64,000 bases of DNA, from the NCBI GenBank assembly GCA_030602585.1, contig JAUVZJ010000002.1, positions 3,262-67,261 on the forward strand, written 5' to 3'. The first letter of the stretch is position 1, and every line of letters starts with the position of its first letter. The position numbers and the translations under genes were made by a program. The stretch comes from Candidatus Methanophagales archaeon. GTDB taxonomy: Archaea; Halobacteriota; Syntropharchaeia; Alkanophagales; Methanospirareceae. Of this stretch, positions 19,787 through 29,643 are shown in pieces. The notes under the pieces were generated by a model that saw nothing but the letters and a program-made list of their open reading frames with translations, was not told the DNA's origin and ran no database searches.

Positions 19787-19839
19787 TTGGATAGCAGAGA
19801 TAAAATTAGCATAAATGAAATTGGAAGGAGGCGATAATA

Positions 19840-19997
19840 ATGGTTGTGATAAAATGCCCAGAGTGTGGGGGAAAACAAGTTTGCCTGAAAGCTATGATGA
19901 AGAAAGATTTGCAGGAGAAGTAAAATGCACAGAATGCGGAGCAAGGTTACTTGTAGGCGTAATAAAGGGGAAAGTAAGATTTGTAGGAATACTATGA
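19840..19997 (+). CDS. Small double-CxxC zinc-ribbon protein, interrupted by a -1 frameshift
   Basis: RBS GGAGG, then MVVIKCPECG(G)K, continuing in the -1 frame as [40 protein letters not shown]. Confidence 0.6.
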
Positions 19998-21411
19998 AGG
20001 AATCACTGCTGGCAGTCATAATTTTAGGATTGGTTTTAGCAAACTCCGTTGCGATAGCTGGTGCATCACCGGATTTAACCGAGACAGGAAAAGACTGGTT
20101 GGCAATGCATGCTGGCAGTGGAACGCCAAAGTGCTATCAAACGTCTGGAATTCCATTCACAGATACCGATGGGTTACCACAAGAAGGATCTACTGGCGAT
20201 GTCGCAGGTATGTTATATATCGCCCATTTTGAGGGTAAAGATGATATGGCCATAACTGGTGATGGCTATAGCTATAACGACTTCAAGGCTGCTAACGAGA
20301 ACAACGATTTGACAGAACCTGATATCAAGTGGGTTTTTGACAATGAGGGTGGAGAAGGTGAACCACAATATTGTATCGGTGTAACACCAACACCCACTCC
20401 TACGCCAACACCAACATCTACTCCAACACTAACCGGGGCGGGAAAAGACTGGCTGGCGACATACGCAGGTGTTGATAATTGTTTTAAGACATCTGGTATA
20501 TCCTATAAAGACGCAGATGGTGTCTCGCATACCGGCGCTCGACCGGCGATGTTGCAAACTCATTATTTGTTGCCCATTTAGTAGGTAAAGATGATGTAGT
20601 AATAACTGCTGATGGTAAGACTTATTCTGATTTCAAAACGGCAAATGGTGGTAATGATTTGACGATAGTAGATGTTGGCTGGGTTTATGATAACGATGGG
20701 GGTGCAGGTGAAGATAAGTATTGCATAGGTGGTACACCAACACCAACACTAACACCGACATCTACTCCAATAATATCCGAAGCTGGAAAAGACTGGCTGG
20801 CGACATACGCAGGTGTTGATAATTGTTTTGCTGCAAGTGGTGTCAGCTTTAAAGACTTGGAAGGGGAAACACACGATGGAGGCACCAGTGCAGTTTGCGC
20901 TATGCTTTACGTAGCCCAAGAAGTAGATGAGAAGGATGCTCCCATCGTTAATTCAAAGACCTATGACGATTTTTATGCTGCGAATGGGAACAATAAAATC
21001 AGCTTAGATGATGTTGGTTGGGTTGCAGACCATGAAAGCGGTGCAGATCAGTATTGTATAGGTGTAACCCTAACACCTACACCAACGCCAACACCGACAT
21101 CTACTCTGACACCTACCCCAACACTAAGCCCAGGGCTTTCTCCAACACCTACACCAACTCAAACACCTTCACCTTCTCCGATTTCTTCTCATTCGCCAAC
21201 ACCAACACTTATAGACTCAGACGGCGATGGAGTACCAGATAGATACGATTATGCACCCTACGATCCGAACATCCAAATAAATGAGGATATTAAACCTGAG
21301 GCTACACCTGAGACTACACCAACACCACAACCACCCGGATTTGAAGTCCTATTCGTAATTGTTGGGTTATTATTAGTGGCATATTTAATCAAGCGAAGAG
21401 AGGTGAAATAA
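19994..21411 (+). CDS. PGF-CTERM cell-surface protein with three Cys-flanked repeats, PT linkers and a TSP3-like Ca-binding motif; one frameshift at ~20538
   Basis: Signal peptide, three GKDWLA...C...YCIG repeats, [12 protein letters not shown], and PPGF+TM+KRR. Restoring one base at GGC GC TCG joins the two track ORFs into ~472 aa. Confidence 0.8.
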
Positions 21412-21505
21412 TCACATGCATTGGGTTCACGGATGCCAATGGCAGGAAATATAATGACTGGATACCTGCAATTAGGCAGGAATGACGGTAGGTGGAAATT
21501 GAAAA

Positions 21506-22021
21506 ATGGCAACCCCGGCAAAGCATAAGAAAGGAGCAAAGAAGCATTATAAGTGTGCGATACTCACGATAAGCACCTCTAAATACTGGAAGAAAGAAAA
21601 AGGTGAAGATATATCAGGCGAAACAGCAAAAGAGCTCGTGACGAGAAGCGGGCATGAAGTGGTTTATTACGACGTGGTGCCGGATGAGGAAGGTAAGATA
21701 CATGAAGGCATATCAAAAGCGTTGAACACCGATGCTGATTTCATCATCACCTCCGGCGGAACGGGCTTGACAAAAAGCGACGTTACGATAGAAGTTATAT
21801 CTAAACTCTTGAAAAAAGAGCTACCGGGTTTTGGCGAACTCTTCAGGCAGAAAAGTTACGAGGAAATAGGCACTGCGGCAGTATTAAGCCGTGCGATTGC
21901 CGGTGTGATAAACCAAAAAGCGGTTTTTTGCCTCCCCGGCTCGCCTGATGCGGTTAGATTGGCACTGACCGAGATAATCATGCCTGAGATAGTGCATATA
22001 ATGAAGCACGTGGGGGAATAA
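21506..22021 (+). CDS. moaB: Molybdenum cofactor biosynthesis protein MoaB/MogA
   Basis: ILTISTS, ITSGGTGL...DVT, PGFGELFR, SRAIAG and LPGSP. Confidence 0.92.
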   Translation: MATPAKHKKGAKKHYKCAILTISTSKYWKKEKGEDISGETAKELVTRSGHEVVYYDVVPDEEGKIHEGISKALNTDADFIITSGGTGLTKSDVTIEVISKLLKKELPGFGELFRQKSYEEIGTAAVLSRAIAGVINQKAVFCLPGSPDAVRLALTEIIMPEIVHIMKHVGE

Positions 22022-22041
22022 TGTCCTTGTTTCCATGACCT

Positions 22042-22215
22042 TCATGCAAAAGCGAAAATTGTTATAGGTATATGAATTATCCCCTCTTTCATGGTTATTT
22101 TTTCTGTGTTGGATATTATCACACCATGTTTAGATTGGTATCTCGTAATAGCTTTTTTTATCTGACCTTTGCCTTTTTTCCCAATACTCACCTCTACGGG
22201 TATTATTTCTCCCAT
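22042..22215 (-). pseudogene. C-terminal fragment of an AAA+/DUF4143-type ATP-binding protein
   Basis: GEIIPVEVSIGKKGKGQIKKAITRYQSKHGVIISNT...GIIHIPITIFAFA, overlapping the end of the cbiG-C fragment. Confidence 0.5.
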
Positions 22216-22545
22216 TCCTGTTTGCTCCTAAGATGGCACAGGGCTCAGCAACATCTTTTATGTTATGCGCTTCCATTGCTGCGCTTTTTGACTGCACGTT
22301 CACACTGTTTATTTCATCTCGTGAAAAGCAAAACAGTGGAATACCAAACTTAGCAGAGACCTCCTGCAACTCATCAGTTTTTTTAAAATCCACCGTGCAT
22401 AAACCTTTAATTTCTTTCTGTTCTATCTCCAATTCCTCTAAGAACCTGCGAATCGTGCTCTCCATCTCCTCCGCTTCAACGCCGCGATGAAATCCGATTC
22501 CGATATAGAGACATCTCCGCTCTTCATTCTTCCACTCAAAGTTTA
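22130..22545 (-). pseudogene. cbiG: CbiG C-terminal domain fragment
   Basis: YIGIGFHRGV, LCTVDFK and VAEPCAILGA; lacks the normal terminal strand and a clear start. Confidence 0.7.
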
Positions 22546-22870
22546 CTATACACCTCCTTAATGGCGATAATGAATGCATCATATTTGATAGATGCTTTGT
22601 CAAAAACCTTTTATTAAAAAGAAAAGGTTTATCAAAAGAAACTCTTTTTTAGCGGTTTTCTTTTGTAAACAGCAGAGTCGGGAAATTATTTTCAATCTCT
22701 CCTGCTCTTGTTGAAACTTAAAGGCTCCACTAAGCACAGATTAAATTACAAGTCCAAGACCCAAAAAATATCTCTTCTTACGAAGCATTCAAAAATTAAC
22801 AAAGAGAATCTGTTGTGGATATATTTATTGAACTAACTTCAATCTTCCATTATGTCCAGAACTGAACAAA

Positions 22871-23083
22871 GTGGAGAGTACGAACTTAGACGTAAGGAAG
22901 AACTATGTAAATTTTGTAATAAAAAGTTCAGCCGGGATTCACGGACTGAGAATACATCTGGCATTCGAGAAAAAGAAAGCCTCAAGTCTGAAAGAAGTAT
23001 ATCAAATTAGAGAAGAGATAGCAAGGGTTAAAAGGCGATATAGGGCAATCTTGAACGATTATATGAGAAGAGAGCAATCCTAA
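22871..23083 (+). pseudogene. Possible transposase C-terminal remnant or small hypothetical ORF
   Basis: Short basic ORF in degraded AT-rich DNA inside the cbiG interruption; family not recognised with certainty. Confidence 0.25.
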
Positions 23084-23510
23084 AATATGCTATCAACTCT
23101 CACCCACCTACAACACAAAAGTCCGAAACATCTAACCAAAAAACGACCAGTTAACAAGTCTATAAGAAAAGTTTTATCAAAAACGCTTCGCAATCGGTGG
23201 GGTAAGGTTGGGAAGTGGTGGAGAGGTGTAGTAGAATTGGAATAATGCGAAGTTTTATTATAGTGGATGTGTAGAAATAGATGTATGGCTATGCTAAGGC
23301 AGATAGAAGAAGGGGATACAAAGGGAGAGATTATTATTCCGAAGGATAAGTTTAAGGAGTTTGTGGAGGTTCAATTAAAACGTACCAAATTAAATTTTAT
23401 AAGTATATAAAAGAAACTTCTGAAAGAAGCGCTATAAAAAATCGGATAAATACGGGGTATGTGACTTTAAATTAACAAAAAGTTATAGTTGGCAATAGAG
23501 AGAAGAATAA

Positions 23511-24713
23511 ATGGTTGATGGGAAACGGATTCAGTTAAAAAACGAAGACATTAAGAAGTTCATTCAAGCGTATATCTTGGAATATAGAACGTTTTTAGAA
23601 GAAAATTATCCCCAGAGCAAAAACGATTTTCCTTTGTACGCCGGTTATCCTTTTGACGTAAAAGCATATGTAAGCGAGAAATCTACACTTATTGTATACA
23701 AATATAATGCACCTTCGCTAAGAATCGAAGTTGTTGAAGTTAACAGTGTGCCAGACCGGAAAACCGTACAAGAAAATGCTATTCAAGGATATTCAAGTGC
23801 ATATCTCTCGCGTATAATAAACAAGCCTCAAGATGTTGCTAGAAAGGACATTTTGGCTTATGAGGCGCATGAGAAGGAGTATGAGGAGCAACAGGAATAT
23901 TATGAGCAGTTAGATGCAGAAGCTGAAGTAGATGCAACAATAAATCATTATTTGAATTATTTGGAATCAGCTTACAATGTTAAAAAGAAAACTTCTGAGG
24001 AAAAGAGGAACGAGATTTATAGTGCTATAAAGCTGGTTTATGAGCGTATGGATTATTATGATGCATATTTAAGGACAGGATGCGATACCCTTTTTCTGGT
24101 GATGTTTGAACTCAACGCGGATATCGAATCATCGATTTTTTTGAGTATCCACGGCAAGTATAGACCTGCAAATGCTTTACTGCGACGATGGTTGGAAACA
24201 ACTATTCATTCATTATATTTTGATTTCGAGTTGAAAAGGTATAATAAAAACACTAAAACATATGAGTCCACTCTTAAAAAACGTAATAACTGGCTTAAAA
24301 AACCACGTCATATTCGCTTTACTGGCGATGACTTTAGTATATTAGCCATACTAATAGACCCAGATACAGACTATATCGCCACGCAATTACTGAAGGAAAC
24401 AACTTCTTATTTTAGCGAACAATCTTTTAGAAGATATGTTGAGAATCTTTATAGAAATCTATCTAAATATGTTCATTATGGTGGAATGATTCCATCTGAG
24501 GATGAACTACTACTTGAGTTTGCTGAATACAATGAGAAACTTTTTAGAGAATGGTATGTAAAATTGAATCGGATTAATGAAATTTGTAATATTCTCACCC
24601 TTTTGAAATTTCCAGAAATGCTCACTCTCTATGAGGAATATAAAGAAGAAAGATTTCCTACTTTGAAAGAGAAACAAATGCGAAAATTAAAAGAATTGCT
24701 AAAAATTAAATGA
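23511..24713 (+). CDS. Hypothetical protein with C-terminal HEPN-like (DUF5677-type) domain
   Basis: GKYRPANALLRRWLE...LYRNLSKYVH pattern; low GC. Confidence 0.6.
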   Translation: MVDGKRIQLKNEDIKKFIQAYILEYRTFLEENYPQSKNDFPLYAGYPFDVKAYVSEKSTLIVYKYNAPSLRIEVVEVNSVPDRKTVQENAIQGYSSAYLSRIINKPQDVARKDILAYEAHEKEYEEQQEYYEQLDAEAEVDATINHYLNYLESAYNVKKKTSEEKRNEIYSAIKLVYERMDYYDAYLRTGCDTLFLVMFELNADIESSIFLSIHGKYRPANALLRRWLETTIHSLYFDFELKRYNKNTKTYESTLKKRNNWLKKPRHIRFTGDDFSILAILIDPDTDYIATQLLKETTSYFSEQSFRRYVENLYRNLSKYVHYGGMIPSEDELLLEFAEYNEKLFREWYVKLNRINEICNILTLLKFPEMLTLYEEYKEERFPTLKEKQMRKLKELLKIK

Positions 24714-24879
24714 TATTTCAATTGGATTACGTGGATGCTACATTTTTCAAAATGGTGTGGCACGGACGGGACTTAAGCGTTTAGAGGAATAATGCGGGGT
24801 GGATAGGTTATGGCTTTGGATCGTAGAGACCTTCAACCTTTATATGTAGAGAAAACAAATAATAATCAGTGATAATATT

Positions 24880-25110
24880 ATGAATGACATGGAATGGTTT
24901 AAGGAGCATTTGGCTCAATTAAGAGAAAAGTATGAGTCGAAACTGGTAGCCGTCTTAGATGGTGCGATAATTGCGATAGGCGATGACCTCGAGGAAGTAG
25001 CAAGAATAATCGAAAGAAAAAAGAGAACTGGTGAAATAAAGGGAACACCTTATACGGGTAGAGTGGGTGATGATATCGCAGCAGTGCATGTTCCATCGGT
25101 GTATGTCTGA
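24880..25110 (+). CDS. DUF5678-family small protein
   Basis: WFKEHLAQLREKYESKLVAVLDGAIIAIGDD. Confidence 0.75.
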   Translation: MNDMEWFKEHLAQLREKYESKLVAVLDGAIIAIGDDLEEVARIIERKKRTGEIKGTPYTGRVGDDIAAVHVPSVYV

Positions 25111-25122
25111 GGATTGATTCCC

Positions 25123-25533
25123 ATGTCAGATTTTTGCTTTGAGAACAACTATCCGATGGTGAGAATTTTTGTCGTTAAAGAAAAGGTATCAGTTCCAGTT
25201 TGGGTTATCATAGATACTGGTTCGCCATATACAATTATTCCAAATAACATACTAAATAAACTTGGATTGGGAAACGGAGATATAATCACAAAGATTACGA
25301 TTCATGGTGTGATACGTAAAAAAGAGTGTGCAGTTGAAGCCTCGGCATATCTGCTTGAAATACGAATTGGTGAAAAATCATTGGAAAAAATGCTCGTTGT
25401 TGGATACGATTTCGATCCGAGGCTTGGATTGCTTGGGCACAACGCACTGGTAAATTTTCAGCTTTTTGTGGATTGGCGTGAAAAGAGGATCGAGCTTCGT
25501 GAGGTTTCTTCAAAAATTATTTCAAACATTTAA
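25123..25533 (+). CDS. Clan AA (retropepsin-like) aspartyl protease
   Basis: IIDTGSPYTII catalytic motif and GLLG at the C-terminus. Confidence 0.8.
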   Translation: MSDFCFENNYPMVRIFVVKEKVSVPVWVIIDTGSPYTIIPNNILNKLGLGNGDIITKITIHGVIRKKECAVEASAYLLEIRIGEKSLEKMLVVGYDFDPRLGLLGHNALVNFQLFVDWREKRIELREVSSKIISNI

Positions 25534-25556
25534 TTCTCGGATTCCATGAGTTTATT

Positions 25557-25964
25557 CTAAGGTGATGCAGGAGCGGGCCACTCCGAAGTTGTTATCACCG
25601 CCTGTGCTGATATACCCTCTGCAATGAGCTTCGAGAATTCATTCGCACCTCTATGCCCGTTCAGCACGGGTATAACATAGTTCCCATTCTCATCTATGCA
25701 GACTACCCAGGGGTCTTCGGTCTTTTTCTTCGGCTCTATTGCCCTCACAACCACACCCAAAGGGAGAACGGCAACGATGTTCTTCTTCTCTTTGAAACTT
25801 TCTCTTATCGCCCTGTAAACGCTTTTCACCTTTTCATCTGCGCTGTCGCACGAAATTTCTTCCGAGCATATCAGCTCTGCATCGAATCCTTCGTCTAAAA
25901 GCACGCTTTTCACCTTTTCGGCAATTGCAACTGATTTTTGAGCAAGTGAGAATATGGCAATCAT
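25557..25964 (-). CDS. cbiG: CbiG N-terminal domain only
   Basis: LGVVVRAI, KTEDPWVVCIDE, PVLNGHRGAN and AVITTSE, followed by an early stop. Confidence 0.85.
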   Translation of the reverse strand: MIAIFSLAQKSVAIAEKVKSVLLDEGFDAELICSEEISCDSADEKVKSVYRAIRESFKEKKNIVAVLPLGVVVRAIEPKKKTEDPWVVCIDENGNYVIPVLNGHRGANEFSKLIAEGISAQAVITTSEWPAPASP

Positions 25965-26689
25965 TTTTCACCTCCACCATACAATTTTGAAACACCTGAT
26001 TTTTCAAGCACGTCCCCTACGATTATCACGGATTGGCTCTTTATGCCCGCATTCTTCACTTTCTCGGCTATGTCCGCTAAAGTGCCTCTTATTATCCTCT
26101 CTTCCATCCATGACGCTTTATGAACCACAGCAACGGGTGTATCGGGCGGATAGCCAAACCTCAGCTCTGAAACGACGTCGTCAATGAGATGAACGCCAAG
26201 AAAGACTATCATTGTCGCTCTGTGCTCGGAAAGTTCTTTTATACTTTCTCCTGCCGGCTTACCTGTTTTCCCAAACGGTTTCGTGATTATCAGCGTTTGC
26301 GATACGTCTGGCGAAGTGAGTTCCCTTTTCAGGGATGCAGAAGCGGCAGAGAAAGAAGTAACTCCGGGAACAACTTCAAACGGTATATTTTTTGACTGGA
26401 GGAACTCTATCTGTTCTTGAATGGCGGAATAGAAGCTCAAATCGCCAGAATGAAGCCTTACCACTTTCTTTCCCGCATTTACAAATTTATCGAAAAGTGC
26501 GAAAATATCGTCTCTGGTCTTTCCATGACTGTCTATCAGTACCGCATCTCCCTTTGCATATTTTAAAACATCTTTATGGACAAGAGAACCCGCATATATG
26601 ATCACATCGGCACTTTCTATTTCACGCTTTCCTCTGAGGGTGAGCAATTCGGGATCGCCCGGTCCTGCACCTACAAATACTACTTTCAT
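25961..26689 (-). CDS. cbiF: Cobalt-precorrin-4 C11-methyltransferase
   Basis: FVGAGPGDPELLT, YAGSLV, RLHSGD, EQI and SQTLIIT. Confidence 0.93.
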   Translation of the reverse strand: MKVVFVGAGPGDPELLTLRGKREIESADVIIYAGSLVHKDVLKYAKGDAVLIDSHGKTRDDIFALFDKFVNAGKKVVRLHSGDLSFYSAIQEQIEFLQSKNIPFEVVPGVTSFSAASASLKRELTSPDVSQTLIITKPFGKTGKPAGESIKELSEHRATMIVFLGVHLIDDVVSELRFGYPPDTPVAVVHKASWMEERIIRGTLADIAEKVKNAGIKSQSVIIVGDVLEKSGVSKLYGGGEK

Positions 26690-27393
26690 TTCTCCTTCTC
26701 CTCCTTCTTTACAATAAGAGTGGAGAGGTAATGAGTTGGTTGTTTTAATTCAGTGAGTTTTCCCAGAACCATTTCTTGATCCTCGAATCCAATCTTAACA
26801 CCCAAAATGGCTTTTTTATTAGCCAGCATATTTTTGATCTCGTCTATATTTTTTGGTTTGAGGAAGATCAAGGAATCGGAATTTTGTATTACTCGAAGGG
26901 CATTATCATTACCTTTTATATCAGGGATTATGGAAACGATTTCATTCCCCTCTGCAATAGGCACTTTAGCCAGAGCGGAACATGCGGAAAGAGATGTTAC
27001 ACCAGGTATGATTTCCACTTCTTCCACTTCGTCTTTAAAGAAGTCCAAAAATTTGTAGAATGTGGAATATAAACTTGGGTCTCCCAGGGTGATGAATGCA
27101 ACTGATTCACATCCCTTCCCTTTTTCCAGCACTTCCTCTCTCGCCTTTTCCCAATAGAAGTCTAATTTCGCCTGGTCTTTCGTCATCGGGAACACCGGTT
27201 CAACAACAATGAGCTCGTTTTCCCTTTCTTTTATAATTCTTTCAACGGTGAGGAGAGCCAAACTCCTTTTACCCTCTCTCGAACTCGGAGCAACTATCAT
27301 ATCCACTTCCCTAAGTGTCTTATATGCTTTCAGCGTTAGCAGCTCCGGGTCACCGGGTCCTACACCTATTCCATACAGCTTGCCGATATTCAT
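26686..27393 (-). CDS. cbiL: Cobalt-precorrin-2 C20-methyltransferase
   Basis: LYGIGVGPGDPELLTLKA, FPMTKD, TLGDPSLYSTF and YLSTLIV. Confidence 0.93.
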   Translation of the reverse strand: MNIGKLYGIGVGPGDPELLTLKAYKTLREVDMIVAPSSREGKRSLALLTVERIIKERENELIVVEPVFPMTKDQAKLDFYWEKAREEVLEKGKGCESVAFITLGDPSLYSTFYKFLDFFKDEVEEVEIIPGVTSLSACSALAKVPIAEGNEIVSIIPDIKGNDNALRVIQNSDSLIFLKPKNIDEIKNMLANKKAILGVKIGFEDQEMVLGKLTELKQPTHYLSTLIVKKEEKEK

Positions 27394-27977
27394 TTCTTGT
27401 CTCCGTAGATCAGAAATACAGGATAAGAAGGTGCGAGTGCAGTTTTTCCTCCTAAGTCCTTCCCTTTGTTCAAGCAGATATTCAGAACATCCGGATTGAT
27501 ACCTCTGCTTTTCAATACTTTTATGGCTTCCACCACCGTTTCAAGCCTGACTGCGGCTATGATAATTCTCCCCCCTTTCTTCAAGTGCTTGAACACGTTG
27601 TCAAACGATCTGTCAAGGTTATCCGTGCCGCCGAAAAAGATGACGTCAAAGCTATGTGATAGATTCACATCTTCCATTTTTCCAATTGCAAGTTCTATTT
27701 TATCTACCAGTCCAAATTTTTCTATGTTCTTTCTCGCAATTTCAAAATTCTCTTCGTCCTTTTCCACCGCCGTAACGTCGCAACCTAACCTCGCGAATTC
27801 GATAGATACGCTTCCTGAACCCGTGCCAACGTCTAAAATACGCTCCACTCCTTTTATTCTCGCTTTTGATACGATAATCGAGCGGATTTCTTCTCTCGTC
27901 AAGCCTGCTTTCGACCGCAAGAAGAGGTCGTCGGATATTCCCGAACTTTTATAATTCCATTCTTTCTCTACCGCCAT
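27390..27977 (-). CDS. cbiT: Cobalt-precorrin-6B C15-methyltransferase (decarboxylating)
   Basis: DDLFLR...TREEIRS and LDVGTGSGSVSIE. Confidence 0.88.
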   Translation of the reverse strand: MAVEKEWNYKSSGISDDLFLRSKAGLTREEIRSIIVSKARIKGVERILDVGTGSGSVSIEFARLGCDVTAVEKDEENFEIARKNIEKFGLVDKIELAIGKMEDVNLSHSFDVIFFGGTDNLDRSFDNVFKHLKKGGRIIIAAVRLETVVEAIKVLKSRGINPDVLNICLNKGKDLGGKTALAPSYPVFLIYGDKK

Positions 27978-28852
27978 AGATTATCCCTCATTACTTTTAA
28001 CAGCTCTTCAACGCTCTTTGGCGGCATTCCCGGGTTTTCACTCGCCATCATCTCGATACCTTTGTATATCTTCAACACCCTGGGCATGGCAAGTCTGCTC
28101 GACTTGATAACCGCCTCATCACCTAATACCGCGTATGGCTCACCGGATTTTACGATTTCACCCTCCCTCATAACCATCACCCTATCTGCCCACTCATAGG
28201 CAAGTTCGACATCATGAGTCGCTGCTAAAACACTCATATTGTCATTCTGTTCGCATAGGCTATCAATGGTGTTTAGCAAATCTTCTGAACTTTCAGGGTC
28301 TAATCCGGACGTAGGCTCGTCTAAAACTAATATATTGGGTTCCATAGCCAGGACTCCTGCGATAGCCACCTTTTTCTTTTCTCCTTCACTTAATTCATGT
28401 GCCTTCCTATCCCTCAAGTCCTCAATATTGATCTCGTTTAGTGCTCTCTTCACCCTCTCTTTCACTTCACCCTCTGTCAACCCAAGATTCACCGGACCCA
28501 GCGCTACGTCCTGAAACACGATTGGAGCCACAATCTGATCATTAGGATTCTGAAATACTATTCCCACACGCTTTCTCACTTCGGTAAGGGCTTTTTTATT
28601 ATAGCTGAGGAAAGTACCTGATATATTAATCTTTCCCTTATCAGGTGTTAACAATCCGTTTAGGTGGAGTAATAGGGTCGTTTTCCCAGCTCCGGTACTC
28701 CCCACGAGCGCGGTCTTATCTCCTCTTTTTAGCTTCATATCCACGCCCTTAAGCACCCATTTCTTCTTATCGTATGAAAACCATAAGTCCTGAACCTCCA
28801 CCATATTCTCAGCATCCCTTTTTATATCCTCCTCGTCCTTATGCGCTCTCAT
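27968..28852 (-). CDS. cbiO: Cobalt ECF transporter ATPase
   Basis: GSTGAGKT, FQNPNDQ, LSEGEKK, LDEPT and THD. Confidence 0.9.
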   Translation of the reverse strand: MRAHKDEEDIKRDAENMVEVQDLWFSYDKKKWVLKGVDMKLKRGDKTALVGSTGAGKTTLLLHLNGLLTPDKGKINISGTFLSYNKKALTEVRKRVGIVFQNPNDQIVAPIVFQDVALGPVNLGLTEGEVKERVKRALNEINIEDLRDRKAHELSEGEKKKVAIAGVLAMEPNILVLDEPTSGLDPESSEDLLNTIDSLCEQNDNMSVLAATHDVELAYEWADRVMVMREGEIVKSGEPYAVLGDEAVIKSSRLAMPRVLKIYKGIEMMASENPGMPPKSVEELLKVMRDNLWR

Positions 28853-29643
28853 ATCACGCTCCCCCCTACTGCCATAACGAGTAAACAAGCATCAAATAGA
28901 ATCATGAGAATGAGAGAAGGCGAAATAATGTGGACTTTGTTCTCGCTTTCGTTTTTTATTCCAAGCTTTAAAGAAGGCATTTTACCCGCATAACAGCGGG
29001 CTTCTAAGGCTCGCTCCATATTTTGTGCTTTCTCAAGTGACCTTACGAGCATAGCGGAAAGAAGAAGGCTTAAAGATTTTATCCTGTTCCCCCGTAAATA
29101 ACCCAAACGTGCATCTTGTGCTTTCTTCGTGCTTTCCATCTCTTCTATCAGCACAAAAATTAATTTATATACCATAAAAGAAAGTTCCACTACTATCTCT
29201 GGCATCCGGAACTTCTTCATCGTATCCAACATTTCCGCTATTGGCGTGGTCATAATCAGGAAAAAGAGGCATGAAATCCCGGTCATTGACCTCATCATCA
29301 ATAAAGCACCTAATTCCAAACCTTCTCTCATCATGGCTAAATGCATCCCTATTATGGAAAAGGTAAGCACTGGCTCGGAGCCCCGTAAAAAAGCTAAAAC
29401 TAATATAGAAGGTAGTAAAAAGGTTAAGGGTATCGTCATTAGTTCCAAATAGTGTTTGATTCTTACACCACTCCAGATAGTTATGCAGGACATTGTGAAG
29501 AGGATGAGAAGCAATAGAAAGAGCGACTGGGTATAGACTGCAATAATAAGCGTAAAGATAGAGAAAAATATTTTATCGCCAGTTCTTATGTTTACAAGCT
29601 TATTTGAGACGGTGTAGCCCTCTAAGGTATGATGTAGAGACAT
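28849..29643 (-). CDS. cbiQ: Cobalt ECF transporter T component
   Basis: TM helices with AQDARLG and ALEARC motifs. Confidence 0.9.
   Translation of the reverse strand: MSLHHTLEGYTVSNKLVNIRTGDKIFFSIFTLIIAVYTQSLFLLLLILFTMSCITIWSGVRIKHYLELMTIPLTFLLPSILVLAFLRGSEPVLTFSIIGMHLAMMREGLELGALLMMRSMTGISCLFFLIMTTPIAEMLDTMKKFRMPEIVVELSFMVYKLIFVLIEEMESTKKAQDARLGYLRGNRIKSLSLLLSAMLVRSLEKAQNMERALEARCYAGKMPSLKLGIKNESENKVHIISPSLILMILFDACLLVMAVGGSVI

Noticed and set aside
20579..20581. TAG as a pyrrolysine read-through
   Set aside because: Repeat homology shows the frame is already lost at ~20538; a one-base indel explains it.
20380..21210. ACACCA-type tandem repeats and repeated GGAAAAGACTGGCTGGCGACATACGCAGGTGTTGATAATTGTTTT as a possible CRISPR array
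   Set aside because: They are in-frame Pro/Thr linkers and protein-domain repeats; there is no constant repeat-spacer period and no cas genes.
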